From Clostridia bacterium (GTDB lineage: Bacteria > Bacillota > Clostridia > Oscillospirales > CAG-272), in contig JAFQWY010000044.1 in assembly GCA_017407225.1 (NCBI GenBank), forward strand, positions 25 to 64,024: a stretch of DNA of 64,000 nt, written 5' to 3'. This document shows, in pieces, positions 1-6,435 of the stretch; position 1 is the first letter of the stretch; every line of letters begins with the position of its first letter. Position numbers and translations under genes: made by a program. Below the pieces are notes generated by a model, which worked only from the letters and a program-made list of their open reading frames with translations, made no database searches and was not told where the DNA came from.

Positions 1-782
1 ATTTTGTAGAATCTGTAGTCCGGGAGGGCTTTTCTGTAAACGGAGAGGTATTTTTCGTAGGGATTTGCCCACACCACGGCGTTTTTCTTCACGATGTCGC
101 GGATGTCCTTCCCGTTCCATGCGAATTCCCGGCGGATGATGGTGAAGACCGCGCGCTCGAAATCCCCCAGCATGGCGGCGTGCTTCCGGCACTGTTCCTC
201 GTTCCGTCCCATCATGCAGAAGAAGAAAATCCCGATGTTGTTGGGCTGAATGTCAAGCTCGCAGGGGTAGGACTGTTTGAGAAACGTGATCCGGTCGCTG
301 CGGGTGAACTGCTGGAATTTCCAGTTGACGTAGTTCACATCCGCTTCAAAGCCGTCGAAGCTGTCGAAAATCATGGGATCCACTCCCGTGTAGGTCATGT
401 CGTTCACCGTTGTCAGCAGAAATGCCTGCAGCTCCTGACCGCATCCGATGTCGTAGATGTTGGAAATTTCCAGATCGCGGCACAGCCGGAACAGGCAGGA
501 ATAGCGGTACACGGCGTCCCCCATGACTGCATCCCCGCGCACGGCACGCTTGAAGAGGTGCAGATCCGTTTCGTCCCCGCTGATGCCGTCGGGATGGGCG
601 CCCTCCTTGAAATCGTGGAAGGCCGCATATCCGGCATTGATGCAGGATCCCCGGAACAGCTCCCGGAGCTTCAGAAATTCCTCATCGTTCAGTTTGTCCA
701 CCTCGCGTTCGGGGAGACAGCGGTAAATCTCTTCGTTTTCGTGATTTTTCGGTGAGCGGTCGATGCCGGTGTTCTTCTCCAT
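1..782 (-). CDS. Hypothetical protein; the 3' end runs off the left window edge
   Basis: Hand translation from ATG (complement of 780-782) gives MEKNTGIDRSPKNHENEEIYRCLPEREVDKLNDEEF... with no stop down to position 1. GGAGG (complement of 790-794) lies 7 nt upstream. It is absent from the ORF track because there is no in-window stop. Track ORF 180..755(+) is its antisense shadow. Confidence 0.7.
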   Translation of the reverse strand, partial: MEKNTGIDRSPKNHENEEIYRCLPEREVDKLNDEEFLKLRELFRGSCINAGYAAFHDFKEGAHPDGISGDETDLHLFKRAVRGDAVMGDAVYRYSCLFRLCRDLEISNIYDIGCGQELQAFLLTTVNDMTYTGVDPMIFDSFDGFEADVNYVNWKFQQFTRSDRITFLKQSYPCELDIQPNNIGIFFFCMMGRNEEQCRKHAAMLGDFERAVFTIIRREFAWNGKDIRDIVKKNAVVWANPYEKYLSVYRKALPDYRFYK

Positions 783-883
783 GGCAAGTCCTCCTTCGGG
801 CTTTTTGATTTCAGTATACCATGGGACGGGACGGATGTCAATCAACTGATCGGTGAGTCGGGTTCCGCAGCAGATGAGAAAAC

Positions 884-908
884 AAAAAAAGGAAGACGGA
901 TGCCTTCC
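884..908 (-). terminator. Intrinsic terminator downstream of the RAYT gene
   Basis: Hairpin GGAAG-loop-CTTCC (891-908) lies immediately after the stop at 912-914. A 7-nt A run on + (884-890) gives a U run on the minus transcript. Confidence 0.55.
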
Positions 909-911
909 CTG

Positions 912-1694
912 TTACCGATCTGCCGCAGAATTCCTGTGAAGCCAGCGTGCAGGATTTTCATGGATATATTTTTTCCGGATCAGATAGTCTTCCTTGTCCC
1001 GGATGATATGTTCGATATAGGATCGCTGAAAGAGATCACACCCGATTTCCCGATTGCAGAACCGCTTGAAAGCCCGGATTACTTCCGGCAGCTTTTCGTT
1101 GGCACGGCGATTTCCGGAGCTTTCATCATCGTTTTGGCAAATTCCGCTGCCCTTTACGCAGTCGATTCCACCTTCGGTAGGGGACGGCGCCCCCGACGTC
1201 CCGGAACCAATACATACGGTAGGGGACGGCGCCCCCGACGTCCCGGAACAAATACATACGGTAGGGGACGGCGCCCCCGACGTCCCGGAACAATCCCTTC
1301 CCGATGTTCCGGCAGACCCTGTAAGTATTACAATCACATGGATATGATCCGGCATGATTACATATTGATCGATCAATACACCGGTGATTTTTTCACTGGC
1401 AAGCAGATGCTTTTCAATGATTTTTCCCGTTTCAGTCAGTTGTACCAGCGGTTTGCCGTAATGCGGGACGTCGAGGGCGCCGTGATTCGGGACGTCGGGG
1501 GCGCCGTAATGTGGGACGTCGAGGGCGCCGTCCCCTACCGAAGTTAACGCGATTGAGGGGGAGGAGGGGAGTTTGATTTCGGACAACCGGATGGCATGAT
1601 TTTTGATGCGTATGGTAACAAAATATGCGCCGGCGGAGCTGTAGTTGTAATGCTCCAGACGCAGTTTTTTTCGCTCGGGAAAGTCTTGTTTCAT
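912..1694 (-). CDS. REP-associated tyrosine transposase (RAYT, IS200/Y1 HUH family) with internal REP-derived tandem insertions
   Basis: The layout matches E. coli RayT/YafM-type proteins: N-terminal YSSAGAYFVTIRIKN, HUH motif VIMPDHIHVIVIL, and C-terminal FQRSYIEHIIRDKEDYLIRKKYIHENPARW carrying the catalytic Tyr. The 260-aa ORF is longer than my recollection of typical RAYTs because of the two repeat arrays. Confidence 0.85.
   Translation of the reverse strand: MKQDFPERKKLRLEHYNYSSAGAYFVTIRIKNHAIRLSEIKLPSSPSIALTSVGDGALDVPHYGAPDVPNHGALDVPHYGKPLVQLTETGKIIEKHLLASEKITGVLIDQYVIMPDHIHVIVILTGSAGTSGRDCSGTSGAPSPTVCICSGTSGAPSPTVCIGSGTSGAPSPTEGGIDCVKGSGICQNDDESSGNRRANEKLPEVIRAFKRFCNREIGCDLFQRSYIEHIIRDKEDYLIRKKYIHENPARWLHRNSAADR
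1177..1302 (-). repeat. Three tandem 42-bp units, each containing the REP core GTAGGGGACGGCGCCCCCGACGTCCC (+ strand), in frame inside the RAYT ORF
   Basis: REP cores lie at 1177-1202, 1219-1244 and 1261-1286. The period is exactly 42 nt (14 codons). On the coding strand they translate as 3 x SGTSGAPSPT(VCI). Confidence 0.95.
1465..1538 (-). repeat. Three tandem 24-bp units of the reverse-complement REP (GGGACGTCGRGGGCGCCGT..), in frame inside the RAYT ORF
   Basis: Units start at 1465, 1489 and 1513, a period of 24 nt (8 codons). Only the third carries the full ...CCCCTAC end. They translate as VGDGALDVPHYGAPDVPNHGALDVPHYG. Confidence 0.95.
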
Positions 1695-1711
1695 GTGGGG
1701 TACCTCATCAA

Positions 1712-1762
1712 TTGAAAAGGGGCTGTAGCACTAAGGAGAAAAACTCCGAAATGCAACAGCCC
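1712..1762 (-). terminator. Long imperfect hairpin downstream of the cysK-like gene
   Basis: GGGCTGTAGCA (1720-1730) pairs with TGCAACAGCCC (1752-1762) with one mismatch. An inner GGAG/CTCC helix is also present. The hairpin is followed on the minus strand by CTTTTC. Confidence 0.5.
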
Positions 1763-1770
1763 GCCATTGT

Positions 1771-2697
1771 TTACTCAAACAGCGGAGTGGAGAAATACCG
1801 TTCCGCGGTGTCGGGGAGAACGGTGACCACGGTTTTGCCCCTGCCCAGCTTCTTCGCCAGACGGATGGCCGCCGCTACGTTGGTGCCGCTGGAAATACCG
1901 CACATGATGCCTTCCTTCGACGCCAGTTCCTTGGAAATGCGGATGGCTTCCTCATCGCTGATGATGCAGGTGTCGTCGAAGATGTTCAGATTCAGAATTT
2001 CCGGGATCACGCCGTCGCCGATGCCCATCTGAAGGTGGGTGCCGATGGATCCGCCGGAGAGAATCGCCGCGTGTTCCGGTTCCACTGCCCAGATGGTCAT
2101 ATCGGGATTTGCCGCCTTGAGGGTTTCGCCGATGCCGGTGATGGTGCCGCCGGTGCCGATGCCGGAGCAGAAGCCGTGAATGGGCCCGTTTACGTCGTCC
2201 AGGATTTCACGTGCGGTCTGGTCGCGCTGGATGGCGGGATTCGCCGGATTTTCAAACTGCTGGGGCACGAAGACACGGGGATCCTCTTCCTTCATTTTCA
2301 GCGCCAGTGCAAGGCATTCCTCGATGCACAGACCGATGTTGCCGGCGTCGTGCACCAGAATCACCTCCGCGCCGTAGTGCTCAACCAGCTTGCGGCGTTC
2401 TTCGGACACGGAGTCGGGCATGATGATTTTTACCTTGTAGCCGCGGACAGCGCCCACGAGGGACAGACCGATGCCCTGATTGCCGCTGGTGGGCTCCACG
2501 ATGATGGTGTCTTCGTGGATGAGACCCTTTTCCTCGGCATCGCGGATCATGTTGTACGCGGTACGGGTCTTGATGGAGCCGCCCACGTTGAGACCTTCAA
2601 ATTTCACGAGGATCTGTGCGCCGTCCTCGGGTGCGATATGCTGAAGCCGGATGATGGGGGTGTGCCCCATGGCTTCCAGGATGTTGTTGCAGATCAT
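1771..2697 (-). CDS. cysK: Cysteine synthase / PLP-dependent beta-substituting enzyme (CysK/CysM family)
   Basis: 308 aa with N-terminal ILEAMGHTPIIRL, the lysine-containing GGSIKTRTA motif, TSGNQGIGLS, and the GIGTGGTITG glycine loop typical of PALP-fold cysteine synthases. Confidence 0.8.
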   Translation of the reverse strand: MICNNILEAMGHTPIIRLQHIAPEDGAQILVKFEGLNVGGSIKTRTAYNMIRDAEEKGLIHEDTIIVEPTSGNQGIGLSLVGAVRGYKVKIIMPDSVSEERRKLVEHYGAEVILVHDAGNIGLCIEECLALALKMKEEDPRVFVPQQFENPANPAIQRDQTAREILDDVNGPIHGFCSGIGTGGTITGIGETLKAANPDMTIWAVEPEHAAILSGGSIGTHLQMGIGDGVIPEILNLNIFDDTCIISDEEAIRISKELASKEGIMCGISSGTNVAAAIRLAKKLGRGKTVVTVLPDTAERYFSTPLFE

Positions 2698-2757
2698 AGG
2701 ATGGTTACGCTTTCTGTATAATATGGTGATGATTTACATTTTATGCATGAATGATTC

Positions 2758-2786
2758 ATTATAGCACAGATTCCGCAGAAATGCAA
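2758..2786 (-). promoter_or_regulatory. Sigma-A promoter for the cysK-like gene
   Basis: The minus strand reads TTGCAT-17 nt-TATAAT with TGc immediately upstream of the -10 element. It lies about 60 nt upstream of the start at 2697. Confidence 0.6.
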
Positions 2787-2839
2787 GGGCTTGACGGCAT
2801 TGAATGTGATCCGTCCGGATTTATTTCACGCCAAAAAAG

Positions 2840-2854
2840 ACACAGCGGCGTGCC
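2840..2854 (+). repeat. Left copy of the 15-bp perfect direct repeat ACACAGCGGCGTGCC
   Basis: Identical 15-mer at 4359-4373. The flanking bases differ on both sides. The two copies bracket the visibly AT-rich segment. Confidence 0.9.
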
Positions 2855-2972
2855 CAATGTCATTTATTAAACCCAAATAAGTTTAAATAAACCCAAACAT
2901 GAAAGATTCCTCGGTTATTTCATATTCATAATTAAGAGGGGCTTTTTATTTCGTCCAAAATCATGCTAAAAC

Positions 2973-3001
2973 TTGCGAAATTCTTCAATGTGTGGTATAA
3001 T
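2973..3001 (+). promoter_or_regulatory. Sigma-A promoter of the cassette lipoprotein gene
   Basis: TTGCGA (2973-2978), 17 nt, TATAAT (2996-3001), with a TGg extended -10. Confidence 0.6.
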
Positions 3002-3006
3002 ATTTG

Positions 3007-3133
3007 TGCGACACAATTTCATAGTTTTGATTCTATTGAGGGAAAATACCTCGGTAAAAGGTGTTTTCCCTATTTACCCATCCCTAAATGGAATCGAGAT
3101 TGTGTCGCAACAATGTGGGAACTCACTTTTCCG
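3007..3133 (+). promoter_or_regulatory. Structured 5' leader (candidate riboswitch or attenuator aptamer, class not recognised)
   Basis: An 11-bp closing helix pairs TGCGACACAAT (3007-3017) with ATTGTGTCGCA (3099-3109). A 13-bp inner helix pairs 3039-3051 with 3059-3071 and includes one G-U. A small hairpin CCAT..ATGG is at 3078-3091. Confidence 0.45.
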
Positions 3134-3161
3134 GTGCGTTCTTTCGGGAGCGCACTTTTTT
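3134..3161 (+). terminator. Intrinsic terminator inside the leader, 25 nt upstream of the lipoprotein start
   Basis: GTGCGTTC (3134-3141) pairs with GAGCGCAC (3148-3155) and is followed by TTTTTT (3156-3161). No upstream + strand gene exists for it to terminate, so it is likely an attenuator. Confidence 0.6.
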
Positions 3162-3185
3162 ATAAGTATTATGGGGAGAATAACA

Positions 3186-4064
3186 ATGAAACGAATTATT
3201 TTGAGCTTTAGTATTATTTTGCTTCTTCTCATCTGCCTTTCTGGCTGTTTTGGCGAGAATTATTATGAAAAAACAGGGGATTATACACCGCATAATTCTC
3301 CAGTTAATGTTGTTCGTAAAGGTAGTTTGTCTGATTATGAAGTTGAAGAAATAGCGCAAAATATCCTTGTTTCAAGTAACTATTGCAGTACATTTATTGT
3401 AGGTTCTTTGGGAGACTATAAGATAATCGATATATCTTATGATTGGGATGAATATGAGCGGTATATTGTTACTGTTGATTTGAAAGCAAGTAATGGTGAA
3501 GAATATGAAAATCATTCGGTAAAAATGTATTTCAGATATAACTCTACAATTCAAAACTATTGGTGGAATCAATCAATGGTTTTTGAAGACGAATATTCAA
3601 TAGATGATTTCAAAACAGCTATCAATTGGGGTAAAGAAACAACAAGAGAAGCAGATGAAAATTCGTTTGATGAATTTAAAGATAACCTGGAAAAACAAGA
3701 AGCTTATAAAAACTATATATCTAAGTTAGCTGGAACATGGTGGGATACCGATAGTATGAGATGTTTCATGATAATAGAAAAAATTTCTGATACTACATAT
3801 AATGTCGAGGTTAATTGGTCAAGCAGTGCATGGGAAAATACTCAATGGATAATGCAAATCCATTATGATCCCGATAAAAGTGCTTTTTGCTACACAAACG
3901 GCATACAACAGAATGTTGCATATAGTGAAGATGGTAATGAGACGATTGATATAATTTATAATAACGGAAGCGGCAGATTATTTATTGAAAAAGATCATTT
4001 ATTTTGGGTTGATGATATCGAATCTGTACGGAATGGATGTCCATTTGAAAAATCAGAATATTGA
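3186..4064 (+). CDS. Lipoprotein of unknown function
   Basis: An internal start of track ORF 2973..4064 gives MKRIILSFSIILLLLICLSGCFGE, a lipobox L-S-G-C. GGGGAG RBS lies upstream. Codon usage is AT-rich, unlike the neighbours. Confidence 0.8.
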   Translation: MKRIILSFSIILLLLICLSGCFGENYYEKTGDYTPHNSPVNVVRKGSLSDYEVEEIAQNILVSSNYCSTFIVGSLGDYKIIDISYDWDEYERYIVTVDLKASNGEEYENHSVKMYFRYNSTIQNYWWNQSMVFEDEYSIDDFKTAINWGKETTREADENSFDEFKDNLEKQEAYKNYISKLAGTWWDTDSMRCFMIIEKISDTTYNVEVNWSSSAWENTQWIMQIHYDPDKSAFCYTNGIQQNVAYSEDGNETIDIIYNNGSGRLFIEKDHLFWVDDIESVRNGCPFEKSEY

Positions 4065-4271
4065 GGTCTAAAGATATGCAGGGTAAAAATTAAGTGGATT
4101 TATATTTAGAACATCACGAAAATCTTATGAGCCGATGGATAACGAAGCCTTATGGCGCTGACGGAGTTAAAAAGTTTCGCCAAAGACGGGAATAATTCCG
4201 CTAGAATTATGGTTTTTATTTGAACGCAATCAACATAACCTTGCAAAAATAAAGATTTTATGGAAACAAAC

Positions 4272-4312
4272 AAAACGAGAAAACATCGCTGTAGCGGCGG
4301 TTTTCTCGTTTT
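4272..4312. terminator. Bidirectional intrinsic terminator
   Basis: A 13-bp perfect stem pairs AAAACGAGAAAAC (4272-4284) with GTTTTCTCGTTTT (4300-4312). The loop is 15 nt and both sides are U-rich. Confidence 0.7.
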
Positions 4313-4358
4313 CACTTCTTTATGTTTTGTGTTGTTCCTTGATATGAGGTCGATATAT

Positions 4359-4373
4359 ACACAGCGGCGTGCC
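4359..4373 (+). repeat. Right copy of the 15-bp direct repeat ACACAGCGGCGTGCC
   Basis: Identical to 2840-2854. Confidence 0.9.
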
Positions 4374-4389
4374 GTGCCTTTTTTTCGGT

Positions 4390-4806
4390 TCAATGCAGAT
4401 CGCTGTCCCCGTCGTCGTCTTCGCCCATGTATTCCCGGACGCCGACGTAGCGTTCGCTTCGTTCCTCCTCCACTTTGTCGGACAGGAGTGTGCGTACCTC
4501 GCGGGGATTCTTGATCCGTGCGATGTCAATCTCGGGCGTGGATTTGTCGGCGGTGCACAGGTGAATGGTGCCCAGACCGAAGATGCGTTCCTCAAAAGAC
4601 CGTTTCAGCGTGATGTCAAGGATGCGGTAGAGGCGGATTTCCTCTTCGCTGATATTGAAAATACCTTTTTTGATGATCAGGCGCGTATCGGTGAGGGTGT
4701 AGGTGGTAAAGCTCCACGGCAGACCGAAGAGGGTACGTTTCCGTTCGCGCCACAGGGAGGATTCGGACATGGTTTGATTTACTCCTTGGTAATAGTTTTG
4801 ATTCAT
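4390..4806 (-). CDS. Bacterial PH-domain (bPH_2/DUF304-like) protein
   Basis: SLWRERKRTLFGLPWSFTTYTLTDTRLIIKKGIFNISEEEIRLYRILDITLKRS matches the YdbS/YdbT-type PH-domain pattern. An alternative start at 4770 (MSESS) has an AAGGAG 11 nt upstream. Confidence 0.7.
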   Translation of the reverse strand: MNQNYYQGVNQTMSESSLWRERKRTLFGLPWSFTTYTLTDTRLIIKKGIFNISEEEIRLYRILDITLKRSFEERIFGLGTIHLCTADKSTPEIDIARIKNPREVRTLLSDKVEEERSERYVGVREYMGEDDDGDSDLH

Positions 4807-4928
4807 CCGTCGGACTGTGCGTTATCGATGGCAATATAGGCCAGCAGACCGCCCCAGTGGTAAAATTTGTCGCTGCTGCCCGAGCTGCATCCCGCATTCG
4901 TCCGCAGCTTCAGCTGTTTATAATCCAT
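4803..4928 (-). CDS. Possible 41-aa small ORF (MDYKQLKLRTNAGCSSGSSDKFYHWGGLLAYIAIDNAQSDG)
   Basis: GGGGAG lies 7 nt upstream of the ATG at 4928. Its stop overlaps the 4806 ATG as ATGA. Codon usage is host-like. It is too short for the ORF track and I recognise no homology. Confidence 0.3.
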   Translation of the reverse strand: MDYKQLKLRTNAGCSSGSSDKFYHWGGLLAYIAIDNAQSDG

Positions 4929-4965
4929 AGTTATCTCCCCATAAAATAAGGAAGGATATTTTCGT

Positions 4966-6330
4966 TTATTTCGTCTTGAAGTATTTTGCCCACATCTTTG
5001 CGGACTTTGCGGTGGTGTGCTTCATTTCTTCGGCATCTGCATCGCCGGTGAGGTACTGACGCATGATTTCGCCGTCTACAGCGGTCTGACGGTCGTGAAC
5101 GGGATAGAAGTTTTCCATCAGGAAGCATGCATACTTCTGGAAGCGGTGCTCGCCCACCAGACGGAATTCCGCGGAAATGGAGTCAACGGCAACGCTGTAT
5201 CTGTCCTTGACGGACTGGATGATATCGCCGCGCTCGTTCTTGTGGGCGAATACGATGGTGGAGCAGATATCCGAGTTGCGGTTGTGCTCGGTGGAGCCGT
5301 GGCTGTCCGTGGAGCCTACGATGGGATGAACCCGTCCCTGACGGTATTCGTCGTAGTACAGCGCGGTCTGGAAGCCGTTGTGTTCGTAGTAGTTTTCGCC
5401 GCCCAGAACTTCAAAGGCATCAAAGGGATGCTTTGCCAGCATATACTTGGTGAAGGGTTCGGGAATCTGCCACATATCGGACAGCCAGTAGGGATGTGCA
5501 AACACGCCCAGACCGCCTGCCTGACGGATCTTTTCAAACGCCCATACGCATACCGCGTACCAGCGGCTGTTTACATTGGAAGGGCAATCGGTCAGGTTCT
5601 TTTCGATTTCGTCCACCTCCGCGTTGTACTGCTCCATGGATACGATATCGGGGCAGTCAACGGTTTCGTCGAAGCGGCGCTTGTCGAGCTCCCCGTCGGT
5701 TTCCTTATAGTTCGCAAGATTTTCCAGCAGACCGTTGACGGAGAACAGACCGCCCGCGTTGACGATGTGCACATCGGTCTGGGGCAGGTGAACTTCTTCG
5801 CCGGGGAGGATGTTCAGGGGAATTTCGGTATCGGCGTATGCGTTCATGGCTTCCAGGGAAGGATAATACCGTCCGTGGTCGGTGACAACGATGAAGTCAT
5901 AGCCTCTCTTGCGGTAGTTGGCGCATACCACTGCGGGAGCTTCCCGACCGTCGGAGCGGCAGGTGTGCATATGGAGGTCGCCGCGGAGAGGGATACGGCA
6001 CGCCATATCGTCGGCGAGAGCGTACAGGGAAAGCTGCAGAACGCGGGAGTCGCCCCTGAACACGCGGACGATCAGCTCGGTTTCCGCCTCAGCGGTATAG
6101 GTGAAGCGCAGGCATCCGTCCTCTTCGGGGGAGAGCTCGTAATCGGTGCGGTTCCAGGAGGAGAAATCCTGACGGGGAGAACCGGAATCCACGCGCATCA
6201 CGGACACGCGGTAGCTGCCGGAGAACGCTGCGTGCGCGCCCTGGGGCTTGATGGTGATTTCGGTGGGATCGTTCACGGGGAACACCATGGGGAAGATGTC
6301 GTAATCGTAGAGAACCTGCTTCATTTTCAT
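4966..6330 (-). CDS. PHP-domain metal-dependent phosphoesterase with an N-terminal beta-rich extension
   Basis: GDLHMHTCRSDGREAP...GYDFIVVTDH...VHIVN...GSTDSHG are the His/Asp clusters typical of the PHP (polymerase and histidinol phosphatase) fold. GGAGGT RBS is present. Confidence 0.75.
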   Translation of the reverse strand: MKMKQVLYDYDIFPMVFPVNDPTEITIKPQGAHAAFSGSYRVSVMRVDSGSPRQDFSSWNRTDYELSPEEDGCLRFTYTAEAETELIVRVFRGDSRVLQLSLYALADDMACRIPLRGDLHMHTCRSDGREAPAVVCANYRKRGYDFIVVTDHGRYYPSLEAMNAYADTEIPLNILPGEEVHLPQTDVHIVNAGGLFSVNGLLENLANYKETDGELDKRRFDETVDCPDIVSMEQYNAEVDEIEKNLTDCPSNVNSRWYAVCVWAFEKIRQAGGLGVFAHPYWLSDMWQIPEPFTKYMLAKHPFDAFEVLGGENYYEHNGFQTALYYDEYRQGRVHPIVGSTDSHGSTEHNRNSDICSTIVFAHKNERGDIIQSVKDRYSVAVDSISAEFRLVGEHRFQKYACFLMENFYPVHDRQTAVDGEIMRQYLTGDADAEEMKHTTAKSAKMWAKYFKTK

Positions 6331-6435
6331 GGGAATGTACCTCCGGTGTGGGATTATTTTTATTTTTTCTTTGAGTTTTTTAGTTTGTCTGCTGCTTTTT
6401 TATTCTGGTTTGAGTTATTGTTTTTTACTATAATG

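Larger units (their letters stand above)
2855..4358. other. Low-GC single-gene cassette or island (foreign-looking composition)
   Basis: By eye this segment is strongly AT-rich compared with the GC-rich flanks (not computed). It contains its own promoter, leader, one lipoprotein ORF and a terminator. It is bounded by the 15-bp direct repeats. Confidence 0.6.

Noticed and set aside
1177-1538. Whether the RAYT ORF is a pseudogene disrupted by REP insertions
   Set aside because: Both arrays have periods divisible by 3 (42 and 24 nt). The 260-codon frame is uninterrupted, and the HUH and Tyr motifs are intact. I therefore call it a CDS, although activity is unproven and assembly of the tandem units should be verified.
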